Source of the DNA: Owenia fusiformis
Taxonomy: Eukaryota
Length of the DNA: 64,000 bases
Assembly (NCBI GenBank): GCA_903813345.2
Contig: CAIIXF020000001.1
Coordinates: 38,130,001-38,194,000 of the forward strand
Reading direction: 5' to 3'
The position numbers were made by a program, and so were the translations under genes. Below the pieces are notes generated by a model. The model was not told the DNA's origin and did not search any database. It saw nothing but the letters and a program-made list of their open reading frames with translations. Shown here one piece after another: positions 1 through 11,985 of the stretch. How positions within the stretch are numbered: position 1 is the first letter of the stretch; every line of letters starts with the position of its first letter.

Positions 1-121
1 CCAATCTGAGCACTTTTTAAGTGATTTTGGCCATTTTTGAACTACAATTGTCACAAGTGAACCCCCCCTGGAATTTTTCAAAAAGTGAACCCTCCCTTGG
101 CAAATCCTGGCTTTGGGTCTG
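1..121 (-). mobile_element. MITE family B copy, truncated by the window start
   Basis: Reverse complement of 6603-6720 (cccttggcaaatcctggct; gtgaaccccccctggaattttt). Confidence 0.7.
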
Positions 122-880
122 AGTGTGTAGTCGTTCATCTTTTAGAATGATAAACTTTGGTTTTAGACTCTCCTTATACAGTTATAGATTTTATTAAACA
201 TGTAAAATGTTCTTATATTTGCTAAGTCAATGTAGAGAAATTAAGCTCAGCTGTCACATACATATGTGAACAAATAGATTACGATTATTCTGAGCCACAT
301 ATTGTTTCACATTAATGCAATCTTTGTAAATTATTATCGATATTTGCAAAAGATATGAAATAGAATTGCTAGGAGTTTTTAGTTTGTTTGTGTTGAATAC
401 AATTAAAATATTAAACCATTTTTTCTCACGGTCTGGTGATTCTAATTTATTTGATTGTACTTAAACCCATTTGTTTACATAATCCTTATAATATTTCCAA
501 TTATCTCAATACAGATGATAACATTTGAGGCAAATAATCTCTCTTCGGGATTTAATTGTGCACAAAAAAATATAAATCATCATCAGTTTCATTGTAAGAA
601 TGTTAGTGTGCTTGTAACAGTCATTCCGAACAGGCTACACAATAATATACCTGGGCCAAATAACTAAATGAAATTACACGAACATGTATGTTTTACAGTT
701 TTTAAGGCATTTTTACTATTCTTTTATGACCTGTGTAATCCTGGGACTAAGTCTTAAAAGGTTGGAGGCTGGTATTTGTAATTAGATGAAACTCTCTTTT
801 AAGGTGATAACTATTAAAAAGGGTATGGGAGCATTTAAGAAGGATTGGCAAGCATAGATTCCATATTTGCAGTTAAGAGC

Positions 881-1213
881 TACCCTTTGCATTCGTTTGA
901 CTTCACTTCTTAAAAGAGAGCTTCGTCTTCACTCTTTCAAACTAAAATAAACCTGTGAACTCACCGCACCAATCAGTGTTCGTCGGCCAAATTTGACCGA
1001 CGTTCTATATATGGTTATTCCTTCTGACGTCATTGTTGAGCCCGAAATTCAAGCTCGCCGATTGGTGGAAGAAAGGTCAGCGCATAAGTCAAAAGTGATT
1101 TATTACCCAAACTCAAACTGTCACCGGTACCCATCGTGGGGGCGGGTCCACTAAACTGTAATATGGTCTCTACTAGGCAGAGTGTAGTTTAACTAGACTC
1201 TGCACGCAGGGTA
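881..1213 (+). mobile_element. MITE family A copy 1 (TACCCT...AGGGTA ends, 9-bp TSD)
   Basis: TSD GTTAAGAGC at 872-880 and 1214-1222; highly similar to 1539-1917. Confidence 0.9.
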
Positions 1214-1538
1214 GTTAAGAGCAATATTCAGACATTAAAATGCTAATCTTAATAGTCATTTGTAGATACTACATAGTTATTCAGAGAATATTTGTAATTT
1301 TCTTCCAATAATCTATATCTCCAGTAAATCAGGCCACGGTTAAATCTCTCATTCTTTGATTCAAAAGTCAAAGCTTTGTCCTGTTGTCAATGACTTGGGC
1401 ATTAGAATATCACATGCATAATTACCACTCCAATCTTACAGAAGGAGAATGATTAGGGGCCTACATAAAACATTGATTATGGTAAATGAATTGTTAGTTT
1501 TTCAGCTTTGGAATACCAAGTGCCTGTAAACAAAGAAA

Positions 1539-1917
1539 TACCCTTTGCATTCGTTTGACTTCACTTCTTAAAAGAGAGCTTCGTCTTCACTCTTTCAAAC
1601 TAAAATAAACCTGTGAACTCACCGCGCCAATCAGTGTTCGTCGGCCAAATTTGACCGACGTTCTATATATATGGTCATTCCTTCTGACGTCATCGTTGAG
1701 CCCGGAATTGACCAATGACATGCGCATATTTAATAGCATGCATTTGGCCTATGTTTCTTCAAGCTCGCTGATTGATGAAAGAAAGGTCAGCGCGTTGGTC
1801 AGAAGTGATTTGTTACCCAAACTGTCACCGGTACCCGTCGTGGGGGCAGGGCTACTAAACTGTAATATGGTCTCTTCTAGGCAGAGTGTAGTTTAACTAG
1901 ACTCTGCACACAGGGTA
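1539..1917 (+). mobile_element. MITE family A copy 2
   Basis: TSD ACAAAGAAA at 1530-1538 and 1918-1926; same ends; carries an internal segment of about 50 bp absent from copy 1. Confidence 0.9.
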
Positions 1918-2752
1918 ACAAAGAAATGAATGACAAAACTGACTCTGGTCTAACCATTAAAATAATTCACAAAATATGAGAGAAGTAATTGCTACATTCC
2001 TAATTTGATGCAGTTTGCTATGGTTACAGTCAATTGTTTTCTTGATTATGTTAACAAAAAGAAATTCATCTGATATGCAATTTCTAAATGAGCTGGATAG
2101 TCCTGTCAATACAAAAGTACATCTCTGCAAAACAATTATTTCAATTGAATCGGTTTAATTGCGAGCAAAAAGTCAATTTTGAGGAAAATTCTGATACTTT
2201 ATTGACTTTTCTGTCTGTGATCAATATCTTTGTTTGCTTAATTTTCATGTTGTATATCCAATTGTTTCTCTTCGTGTTAACCCTATTAAAAATATTATGA
2301 GGAATTTATTGAAAATTGCTACACAGTTTAAAAATTGTATACTTGTTTCTATTGCTTTGTGACAATGATGAAATCGGTATATGCCTTTTTTAAGTCTGGA
2401 TTAATTACACCATTTTAATAAGTACCAATTATAGAATTATATCTGGGATATGTACATGAAGAGTAAACTTGCATTAATGGATGATCAAATGGCTTTTAGC
2501 ATATTTCTCAAAGAAACAATGAAGATGCAATTAACTCATTTGTTGTGAGTAGATTTGGAATATTGGAATGTTTTTTAAACAAGTATCTCAGGGCAATGAT
2601 TTATGTGTTTCAATGCCTTTAATAATTCATACCTAAACTGCAGTCTATTTAATTTGAACTCTCGTGGCTTATTGATATGGAATGGTACACAAGTTTCCTT
2701 CATACTTTGCTAGATGTTAGTGCCTTATTTATTTATTTTAAATATTTTTTCA

Positions 2753-2865
2753 TTATGTCATCACCACAAGTGGTGACATATTGTTATAGTTTCCAATTTT
2801 TTGTTGTGTTCTGCATCTGTAACAAATGGTAGGTGGTGACATTTTGCATGTTGATGCCTTGATTT
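2753..2865. mobile_element. Helentron/HINE-like mini element (related end at about 22385-22435)
   Basis: Terminal hairpin tcaccac-aa-gtggtga and distal inverted copy ggtggtgacat; shares gtgacatattgttatagt with 22404-22421. Confidence 0.45.
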
Positions 2866-5800
2866 ATAATTTTATTACCAAAGGCTTCAACATTTGTTTC
2901 AAATTATTTTTGAATCTTAGCTTTGGAGATTTGTGTAATAATAACCTAATTTATTGAACAACTTTTCAATATAAAACGTCTTAATTTGTTTTAAATATTA
3001 CATCAAAGGTTTGAGATTTGTATGTTAAAGTGATTTATGATAGCAATGATGTAGGTATTGATGGTGATGACAGTAGGTTATTTGAACTGATTAGAACTAT
3101 GATTGAGTAATTGAAATGTGATATCATTCTATTTATTCAAGTTTATTAGTTTGTCTTTGAACAAAGCATGTTTTACCTTACAGATCCAGCATAATATTTG
3201 ATCAGCGAAAATCGAAATAAATCCAATTTGCAATTTGGTTGTTTTAAGATCAATACACTGTCACTCCAGTGCTTTTGAATTATGGTATAATTATAACATA
3301 GCAAAAAGAAAATATATGATATATGATTTCTCCTTCATGAAATATGATTGGAATTACCTCAAAAATCATCTTGAAAAATTCATGGTCATATTTACTACAT
3401 TAATCTGAACCCATGTAAACATAAATTAATGATGTAAATTGGTTTTGTTATTTATAACGTATACTGATTTTCTGCAATGGCATATTCTTAATAATAAACA
3501 TCAACTGTATATTCCATGGTTAGGTATATCTGTCACTTGATATCATACATATTGTATTTACTTCTTCCACTCATACAAATTACTTTAAACTTTAAAAAAA
3601 TGAAAAGTGTTTGTATTTTCCTTCTTATTTGGATTTACAAGATGGTTTCTCTCAAGAAGATGTAATTGGATAACATTAGAGAAATGAACAACAGTAAATT
3701 CTCATGAGAGAGATAATATGTGTTGACTGTGCCATATAATAAATATAGATAATCTTATTGAGCTGTAGAGCTAGCCTCATAAACAGAGCTTAATGAAATA
3801 GCCTGCCTTGCACAATTCTGTTGATATAATTACCAAATTGAATTATAGGCCACAGATTTAGCCCCACATAATTCTTGTAGCAGTTCGACATTATTTCTAC
3901 AAAGACTTTAGATTCCAATTGTTCTCAATTGTTCTGGGTGGTTCTTTTTAAGCTGAGCTGTTGATGTTTTAACTGTAGATAAATACTTTTGGGAGGTTGA
4001 AATGGAAATAGAGATTATCTTCTTACTCTAGTTTAGAGTCAGTACATAGGGTACATTTAACCCTTCACAAGAGCTTCAAAGCTGTCTATACTCTTTAAAT
4101 TATAAATAATTCTTTGATTTAGCCAACCAGAATAGTCAGAACATCATATTCCATTTTCTCCAACAAGGAGGTAACATTGATGCTCATACAAACTCCTTTG
4201 AAAGACCACAAAGCAACAACATTAGAGTGTGATGAGATGAGCATTAAAAAGTAAGAGGGGTGTATGACTAACTGATGAGAATCAGGGTAAGCATGTCTGC
4301 ATACCTGTATGTTTATGAGTAACAGGCCCAGGTGAAGTTCCTGTTGTTAATTATGATGGGGTCTGGTTCTATATCTTAAGTTCAAGGAAACTGTCATTTT
4401 AGCATTTTTCTTGAAAGGGTTATTCAACATTTATTTAACTCATCATCCCCGGAATATCACGTTTAGCACATATTCATAAACTTCTGAAAAATTATTGGAA
4501 TGTTGCTGACTTGTTGTGGATTTGAGTTCAAATTTGAGTAACTATTTTGCCCTTTACTTAATAATATAAGTTAACCAAAGTGATACCAGTAGTCAGTGAT
4601 ATTGTCAGTTAAGTGTGCCAAATATTCAACCTAGTTATTTCAGACAAGTTTGAAAATCTTATGGTTGAGACCAGTTATATACTCGGAATCCTCCACATCT
4701 CTCTTAGTAGGATCCTGTGAGATCTCGACTCAAATGTACTTTTCATGGACCTCTTTGGGAATTAAATTGTGAAATAAATGTTACCGGTGATCATATGCTT
4801 ATAAATGTACGGTGTGTGATAAGTGCAACAAGCAAATTTTCTAATATCAAGTCGCTTGTCATCTTTCCTTTTATCGTGGATACAGTCTTCTTTTATCCCG
4901 AAGAAATGATGAAACTAATGAAATGACATCAAGGAAACATCCCCTAGGCTAATACTATTATGTTCATTTGAGTGTTCAAGCTTCTTGAAGCAAATTCCAT
5001 CTCAAATAGTCAGCTCTAGAAAATCTCCAAAGACAACATGTCATTTAATTACAAAGACACATAATTATGGAAATAGTATTGATTTCACTTTGACCTACCA
5101 TTTCGCCAGTAATTCTGATTTCTAATATCTCTTCATGCAATGTCACCATGGGAGAATTGAATGAACTCCAATATTGACTTGCGTGAAGATGTTTCTCTGT
5201 ACCTTATAATTCTACAGTATAGTACTGAGAATTGTACATTTACATATGGTATACACAAGAAAGGCTACATCTATTGGTTGGTTAATATCAGGGAGATCCT
5301 TTCTAATAACACGATTATGCAGTTTTACTCTTTGTAAGAGTGGTCATCTTTGTCTCACTCTACAGTAACTGATGAACCCTTAAGTTTCAAAGCTGATTCT
5401 AAAGAACTGTCATTCCTCAAACATTCTGATACTCATCACATCTTTCTGCCTTCAACTACAAATATAGAAAGAAGCTGTGTAGAATTCCCACGATGTCCCT
5501 CAAAGATTGTTCTCAATATACATGTAAACATAGTACTTTGCTAAACTCTGATTTGTTGAATGTCAAATTTAATAAGTCCGAGAGGATAACGTGATAAGGG
5601 TAACATGATTAGGATCTGTCATTGTCATGTTAAGTTCACTGAATTTCAAGTTATCCAAATCTGTTAAAATTTGTTGATTGGCCCTTTTCTGTCCTTATAC
5701 CCTTAAATGGTTTGCTTTGTGTTTTATATGGTCTTTTGGGTGTGTATGGGGGACCCAGGTGCTGTCCCCACATGAATAACCCTTCAGTGTCTCTTCTTAA

Positions 5801-6602
5801 TCTCCATCTTATCTTGAGACATTGATTTTTCTGCTACAGCCATTTAGTAATGCATTGTTAACAAGCCATAAGAACTCTTCAAGGCTCACAATGCAATAAA
5901 ATCACCAGAATGTCTCTTTGCCAATTGAGTGGAATAGGTGCATTAAACATTTACTCAGTACTGTGCTTTGACAATGATTTTCATCACATTATTAGAGACA
6001 TAATTGTATTTGTTTAACCATACTCTGAAGTTTATGAAATTACTGTGAAATATGTTCAGTTCACATATCTCGGATTTCTTAAATGAATTCACTATTTATC
6101 TATTGATGTAAAAAACATAAATCAATTAATTTGTCTCATACAAAAGTGATTCATCCTTCTTTATTTGTTTGGGCATTTCAAATTTCCAAAGAAGCAAAGA
6201 TACTTCTGGAAATCCAATTGTAGCATCCTTGTTCAAAGGACTAAATTAGAAAGAAGTGAAATACCCTTGGACCGAGGATGCAATTGTAGCATGTAAGAAA
6301 AATGTGTGGCATTTTCAAAACGATAGACTTACCTTTGACTAGCTATTTAAATGAACACAAAAATAACATAATAAAAATGCCAAATTTAATATTTTTGTAT
6401 CCTTGCAAAATTAGCATGTGACCATGGACAGATATCATAATATTGTAGATGAACAAATTGTGCATTTGGTTTCTAGCATTGCATGTTTAGTTGGCAGATA
6501 GTATCTAAATGGGAAGCAGTTCCTAAACATCACAAAGTTCATAAATGATTGAAATACAGTATACCCACAGTTCATAGCATATGTATGTCATCCATGTAAA
6601 AG

Positions 6603-6790
6603 CAGGCCCATAGCCAGGATTTGCCAAGGGGGGAGTTCAGTTTTCAAAAATTTCCAGGGGGGGTTCACAATTGACAATAATGGCCCAAATATGGCTAAAA
6701 TCACTTGAGAAATGCTCAAAATGGTGAAAAACTGCATGATTTTGGGCTAGGGGGGGGGGACCCTGCGAACTCCCCCTGGCTACTGGCCTA
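6603..6790 (+). mobile_element. MITE family B (CAGGCCCRTAGCCAGG-type TIR)
   Basis: caggcccatagccagg ... cctggctactggccta; flanked by AAAAG on both sides (possible 5-bp TSD); similar to 1-121 and 18244-18388. Confidence 0.75.
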
Positions 6791-7210
6791 AAAAGGTTGT
6801 CCTTTTCTAATGAAAAGTGAAGGACATTTCATAAAATGAACTTATCCTGAGTCTCAGAGAGGTTAGGAGTAATACAAAATGTTATGTTTTATAATCAAAA
6901 TCAAACTCTTATAGAGTAATGTAAAGGTGAACTATGAGTGTAGGTTGAATGAACATGATGAGGTGTCTCACTCAGAAAATCAGGATTGTGTTGAACTAAT
7001 AGCTGTAGATCATGCAACATGTCTCTTATATAGCTGACATTCTTCTTCACTATATCTTTCCCAACCTTCAAAGTCATGTTAAGATCATTTGAAATGTTGA
7101 GATCAAAGTATTTACAATTGAGAATTTGAGTTTGAAATCCATCTATTTGTCATTTGTTGAGGCAGTTTTTGCTCTGTTTGTACAAGTTACATTTGGAAAT
7201 GTCATTACTT

Positions 7211-7281
7211 TGGAGTATCTTATGAGTTTACCCTGGAATATCTTATGAGTTTTCCCTGGAATATCTTATGAGTTTACCCTG
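7211..7281. repeat. 23-bp tandem repeat x3
   Basis: Unit tggaatatcttatgagtttaccc. Confidence 0.9.
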
Positions 7282-10200
7282 ATCCCTATCAGATAACCCT
7301 CTTACTACTACAAATGGTTTCATAGTTAGATCTTGTCAGCATTACCATCAACTAATATTATCAAGTAATAAGTCAGAGGGTAGCATGACTAGCTGATGGA
7401 AATTTACTGACGGAAGCATAAAATTTGATACCTTTGAGCCATGGGTTCACTTTTAGTAGCCATGGTAATGAATTCAAAACAGCCTTGAACATATACTCAA
7501 AGTATGAAATATATGGAACACATTATAAATCACAAAACCGAAGTGTAGCTTTCATGGCCTTTTCTGGAAATTAGAATTTGAATGTTTAGAATTTAAATGT
7601 TACTTATGTGTGTCAGATGCCATAACATTCGGATATACAATTTGTATTTCAAAATATGAATTTCCTCATATCATTTTTGATTCAGGAGAACCAATATTTA
7701 TCAGGATATTATTTTTCAAAATATCATGAAATATGATTTCTGATTTTAACAATGTAGTGATTTTCGCAAATTAGGTTTGAAATGATGAATGGAGGTTCTT
7801 GGTACACTTTTTAGTTCAGACCAAGGTGATCTTTGGAAATCAGCAAAGCCATCAGTCAACAGTCTTGTTACATTAACAAATTGCTGACATGTTAAAAAAC
7901 TTCATGCTCAGAATCTTTGAAACAGAACAAGTTTTTAGCAGCCATAACATCAGTTCTTATAAAGTAAGGGTTCAGTTATAATGAGTTCAGGCTTAAAGAG
8001 GATGCAGAAAACTTAGAGCCAGTCTGTCAACATGCATCTTTTAAGATGCCATATAGTTGTATGAGTGTTGATGTTTAGAAGTTATTTCTAAATAACTATT
8101 ATATGGTCAATTGATTTCTGAAAGATTTGATTTCATAACAGTTTTAGTTCTGATGTTCTTGTAATATACAGTATGGTGTTATTGTGTTTTTCTTGTAAGG
8201 TATTGAGTCCTTGTAACGTATAGAGTTCTTGTGAGGATGGTATTCTTGTTTGGTTATTATTTCATTAGCATTGTTTGGATAAGTAATGTTTTAAATGATA
8301 TAAAGATAGGGTTTATGATTGTTGCTAGGTATATTGTTCTAAACAAATATTACTTGCATGTACGTGTATGATATGTCTACTAAAATGTACTTTAATATTT
8401 CGTGACGCTATGTATATAGTGCTAGATTCATGAGATTATTAATTCACCAAGACTACCACTCAATTTTATGTTTTGTCACAATTTGTTTTATAACACTGGA
8501 ATGAATGTGGGTAGTATAGTAGATGAAACATTGTATCCCCCTCCAACCCTTTCCCATATCCCTAGTATATATCATAACTTGATGTGACCTCCCAAAGCTT
8601 TATGACCTGCTTATATTTATTCATATCCGTAGACGGTATCCCATCTATACTCCTCCATACATCTCACAAACGATCTTAAACCTTTCTCCTACCATAAATA
8701 TTGCTACCAAAATTAAGTAGATTCTTGAAACAAAAGAAAAAAATACACAAAGGACTATTTACATATTACCAGAAGGATTTACATCATGAGGAGGACAGAC
8801 AGCTGACGTCAACAAACGAAACAAAAAACTAATTTTCGATTTTTGTGTAATTTCAATAAAGAAAAAATAAATCTCATGATAAACTTATATTCTTCTTCAG
8901 TCACTGTTTTTGTAAAAGGAATATGGTTATAATCCAGATGCTTAAATACCAATGTAAGGTTTCAATTAAATCTCCCCTTATATATCTCAGATATTCTGAT
9001 GTTTTTGTTGAACAGTAATTTTGACCTTAAAAGAGATTAGAAAACATCATTTGAGAAGAGCCCCTGTGTATATTTGATCTGCTGCATAGCATGTTCGATG
9101 AAACCCGATTCCTGGGCCAGATACCCAGATCACTCAAGTGTCTGTGGTTTCGAGTCCAAATTCTTTTTAACCAGTTTTTTGTACCATAAGGCCTAGTTAC
9201 CCAGGGTTCAGCTTTAATCTGAAGCACTTGGTTCTATTATGTCAATTGTTGCCATATTTCAACTGAATTTTCAATCGTTCAACTTGTTTTACTATTCATG
9301 GTCTGTTTGTGTAAAAGCCTCAGAGAGATTGCAAAAGAAATCAGATCTAGTATAGTAGAATTTGATAAATGCTTATCACTAACCAGGAAACTTCTAAGCT
9401 GTGGATGTGCAAAGTCCATTTAATTAGTTGCAATAATATCATCAAGGCTGATGCATTGGCAAATATCCTTCAGTGGTTACCGTGGAGATGTAGCAGAGTA
9501 AATGCAGTTGCCAGGCAACTGTTCTACTGCATGCAAGACTGAAATATTATCTCATAAAGAATTGGGCTTATCTATCACCTTTGTCCAAATCCTAAGTCCC
9601 TGTGCTGTTATGCTTGTTTATATAAAACAATATTCAAGGGGATTTAATCTGAAATCACAAGGGGGCTAACATTTATGTAATTTTCTTATCAGTAGGCCAA
9701 CAAAAAAATAATCAACCTTTTTTGTCAAAAAAATCCCCCTGAGCTCTGGGTTGTGGATCAATTTGGTAAAATACAATGTTTAGAAATACATATGTAAAAT
9801 GAAACAACCAATCTCAAAGATGTTTTCTTTCCTCTTATACATTATTACTTCTTATTGACCACATAAGTAAAAGATTTTAAGGTCAGATAGTTTAACAAGA
9901 CCTATCTGTATTTTACTGCCCAAGGATGGTTTTATACCCTCATTATATTAGTACACAGCTGTTTTTGGTATAACTGTATTGCAGTGCTGTCTGTTTGCTT
10001 CATTCAAATCTCAAAAGTCATAAAACATAACAATGAAATAACGATTGATTTTATGAAATCAAATTAAACCAAATGTTCCAAGAAGATAAAATTACATATG
10101 GTCTGCGTCATCAGGAGAATCTATTTTCAAGTTTTGAAATGATAAATCCATGAACTATAACTGTTTATTTAGTGTTTTGCAGATTTTAGAGTGAAGTTTC

Positions 10201-10320
10201 AGGAGAGATTTTGGGTTCCATAGGCCAAAGGGGTACAGGTTTGTATTGAGGTTACCAGACAGCTTGTGTTTTTTTTTATTTTATATAAATGAAAGGAAAT
10301 GTATGTGTATGAACTGTACT

Positions 10321-10442
10321 TTTCTACAGTAAAACATTTATTTTGATGACTAATGTATTGGAAGTTCTGATATCATGAGAATTAGTGGAACATCCATAGA
10401 TGAGACTAAAAATATAAAAAATGACATGTTTTACTGTAGAAA
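10321..10442. mobile_element. Small inverted-repeat element (TACAGTAAAAC...GTTTTACTGTA), probable Tc1/pogo-type MITE
   Basis: 17-bp perfect IR tttctacagtaaaacat at 10321-10337 / 10426-10442. Confidence 0.55.
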
Positions 10443-10711
10443 GTATGTAGGTACATTACAATTTCAAATCATCTTATCCCATCTTACACTGGTAGGGATA
10501 TACACAAATGACCAAATAAGCTGAAAGAATTTGACTCTGGAGAGAAACTCATTTAGAATGAATACTATATTTATTCTGACTGGCATTACGTGTATTACAT
10601 AGATCAGATCTAAATTGATCAAGTACTCAAGTATATGTGGTACAACTTATATGTGCGATAAATTCACAACATAAAAACTATAACCAGTTTCATTCGATAA
10701 CATTCAATATA

Positions 10712-10994
10712 CAGTAGATCCTGTGTAAATGGAACGCCCTTGTTCAGAACTTTGAAAATTTGATTTGTGACTTCTAGAGAAGTCCCCATGTTATGAAATC
10801 ACAAAACGTAAAATATCTTCTTTAATTGGACCATGGGCTTTCAATTAGAGTTGAAAGCCCATGATTGGACAGAAGACCACAAAAAGTGTACTACTTGCGA
10901 GGTATTCTACTTAGAGGTCCATTAATATAGAGTCAATGGGCCGCAGCACTTTTAAAAACTCATTTCACTTGTGATGTGTTCTACCTACCTACTG
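10712..10994. mobile_element. Degenerate Tc1/pogo-like MITE (TA-CAGTAG...CTACTG-TA)
   Basis: Short TIR CAGTAG with TA flanks; hosts a nested 32-bp palindromic insertion. Confidence 0.45.
10832..10863. mobile_element. 32-bp palindromic insertion with CATG ends and 7-bp TSD (P-element-like remnant)
   Basis: ATTGGAC-CATGGGCTTTCAA-ttagag-TTGAAAGCCCATG-ATTGGAC. Confidence 0.75.
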
Positions 10995-11569
10995 TACTGG
11001 ATAAGAAACCAAAAGTAAAAGAAATGGAAACAAAAATTAATGAGAATGTGTCTGAATGCAGTTTCCTTCTTCCTTGTTGTTAATCAACTTGCAAATGCTA
11101 ATAGGAGAGTTCATGATTCAGTTGAAGATGTACATGTATAAATACAAGCATTCATTCCAAATACACTTCATAAAACAACACCTACCATGATAATATAGTC
11201 CAAGCCTATATCCAGTTTGAACTATTGTATGACAGTCTATGGCAAGGGCCATTTTCCACCGCTATATGCATGTATGAAGTCCACAGGGCATTGTGACACT
11301 GTATTTTTCTGTCTTATGACAGGCTAACATTCATTTCTCATTCAAACTCCCATAAAATGGTATGAAGGTTACATTTGAGATCATTAAGATTTCATCAACA
11401 TCAAAACTGTTCAATTATCTGCATTATTTAGAATGAAAGCATGTATAAGCAAGCTGATATGGACTAAACGTTCAGCCAGTGACTTGGGTATATGTAGATA
11501 GATGCATATAAATTTTCACTTTTACTCTCATTATCACAATTTAAATTATGATATCAATTAAGTTATTCA

Positions 11570-11985
11570 GTCACTCTGCATTGGCCTAAGATATTTGAGT
11601 CATCAATTTTAAAGAGTTGAAAAACATCATTTAACCAACAATTGTTTTAATACGTTTTTGTCAAAGGATGTGCCTAGATATCCCATGCTTATAATTTAGA
11701 TTGTGATAATTATAATTATAGCATTACTACATTGCATTGGTCTGAGCCATTCAAAGAATCACATAAAAAATGTTATACATTTCTCATTTTTCTTATTCTT
11801 ACTACACTGTGCCTAGATATTGTGTGTGTTATGATTCTCTAATTTAAATGCTGATCATTTTGTTATTTATTTACTCTGCATTGGTCTTTGCCATTTGATG
11901 AATCAGCTAAAGACATATTATTCAAAATGGTGATAATTACTATGTCTTTTTCTCTCACAGAGCATGTGCCTTGACATTTATTACT
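11570..11985. repeat. Degenerate triplication, period about 150 bp
   Basis: Recurring tgcattgg(c/t)ct at about 11577, 11733, 11877 and tgtgcct(a/t)ga(t/c)at at about 11669, 11808, 11965. Confidence 0.55.

Noticed and set aside
1651..1896. ORFs inside MITEs (also 28837-29065, 42555-42785, 17102-17332)
   Set aside because: They lie in short non-autonomous repeats and show no transposase motifs.
9635..9741. 11-bp imperfect inverted repeat caaggggattt/aaatccccctg
   Set aside because: Too short, no TSD and no second copy seen.
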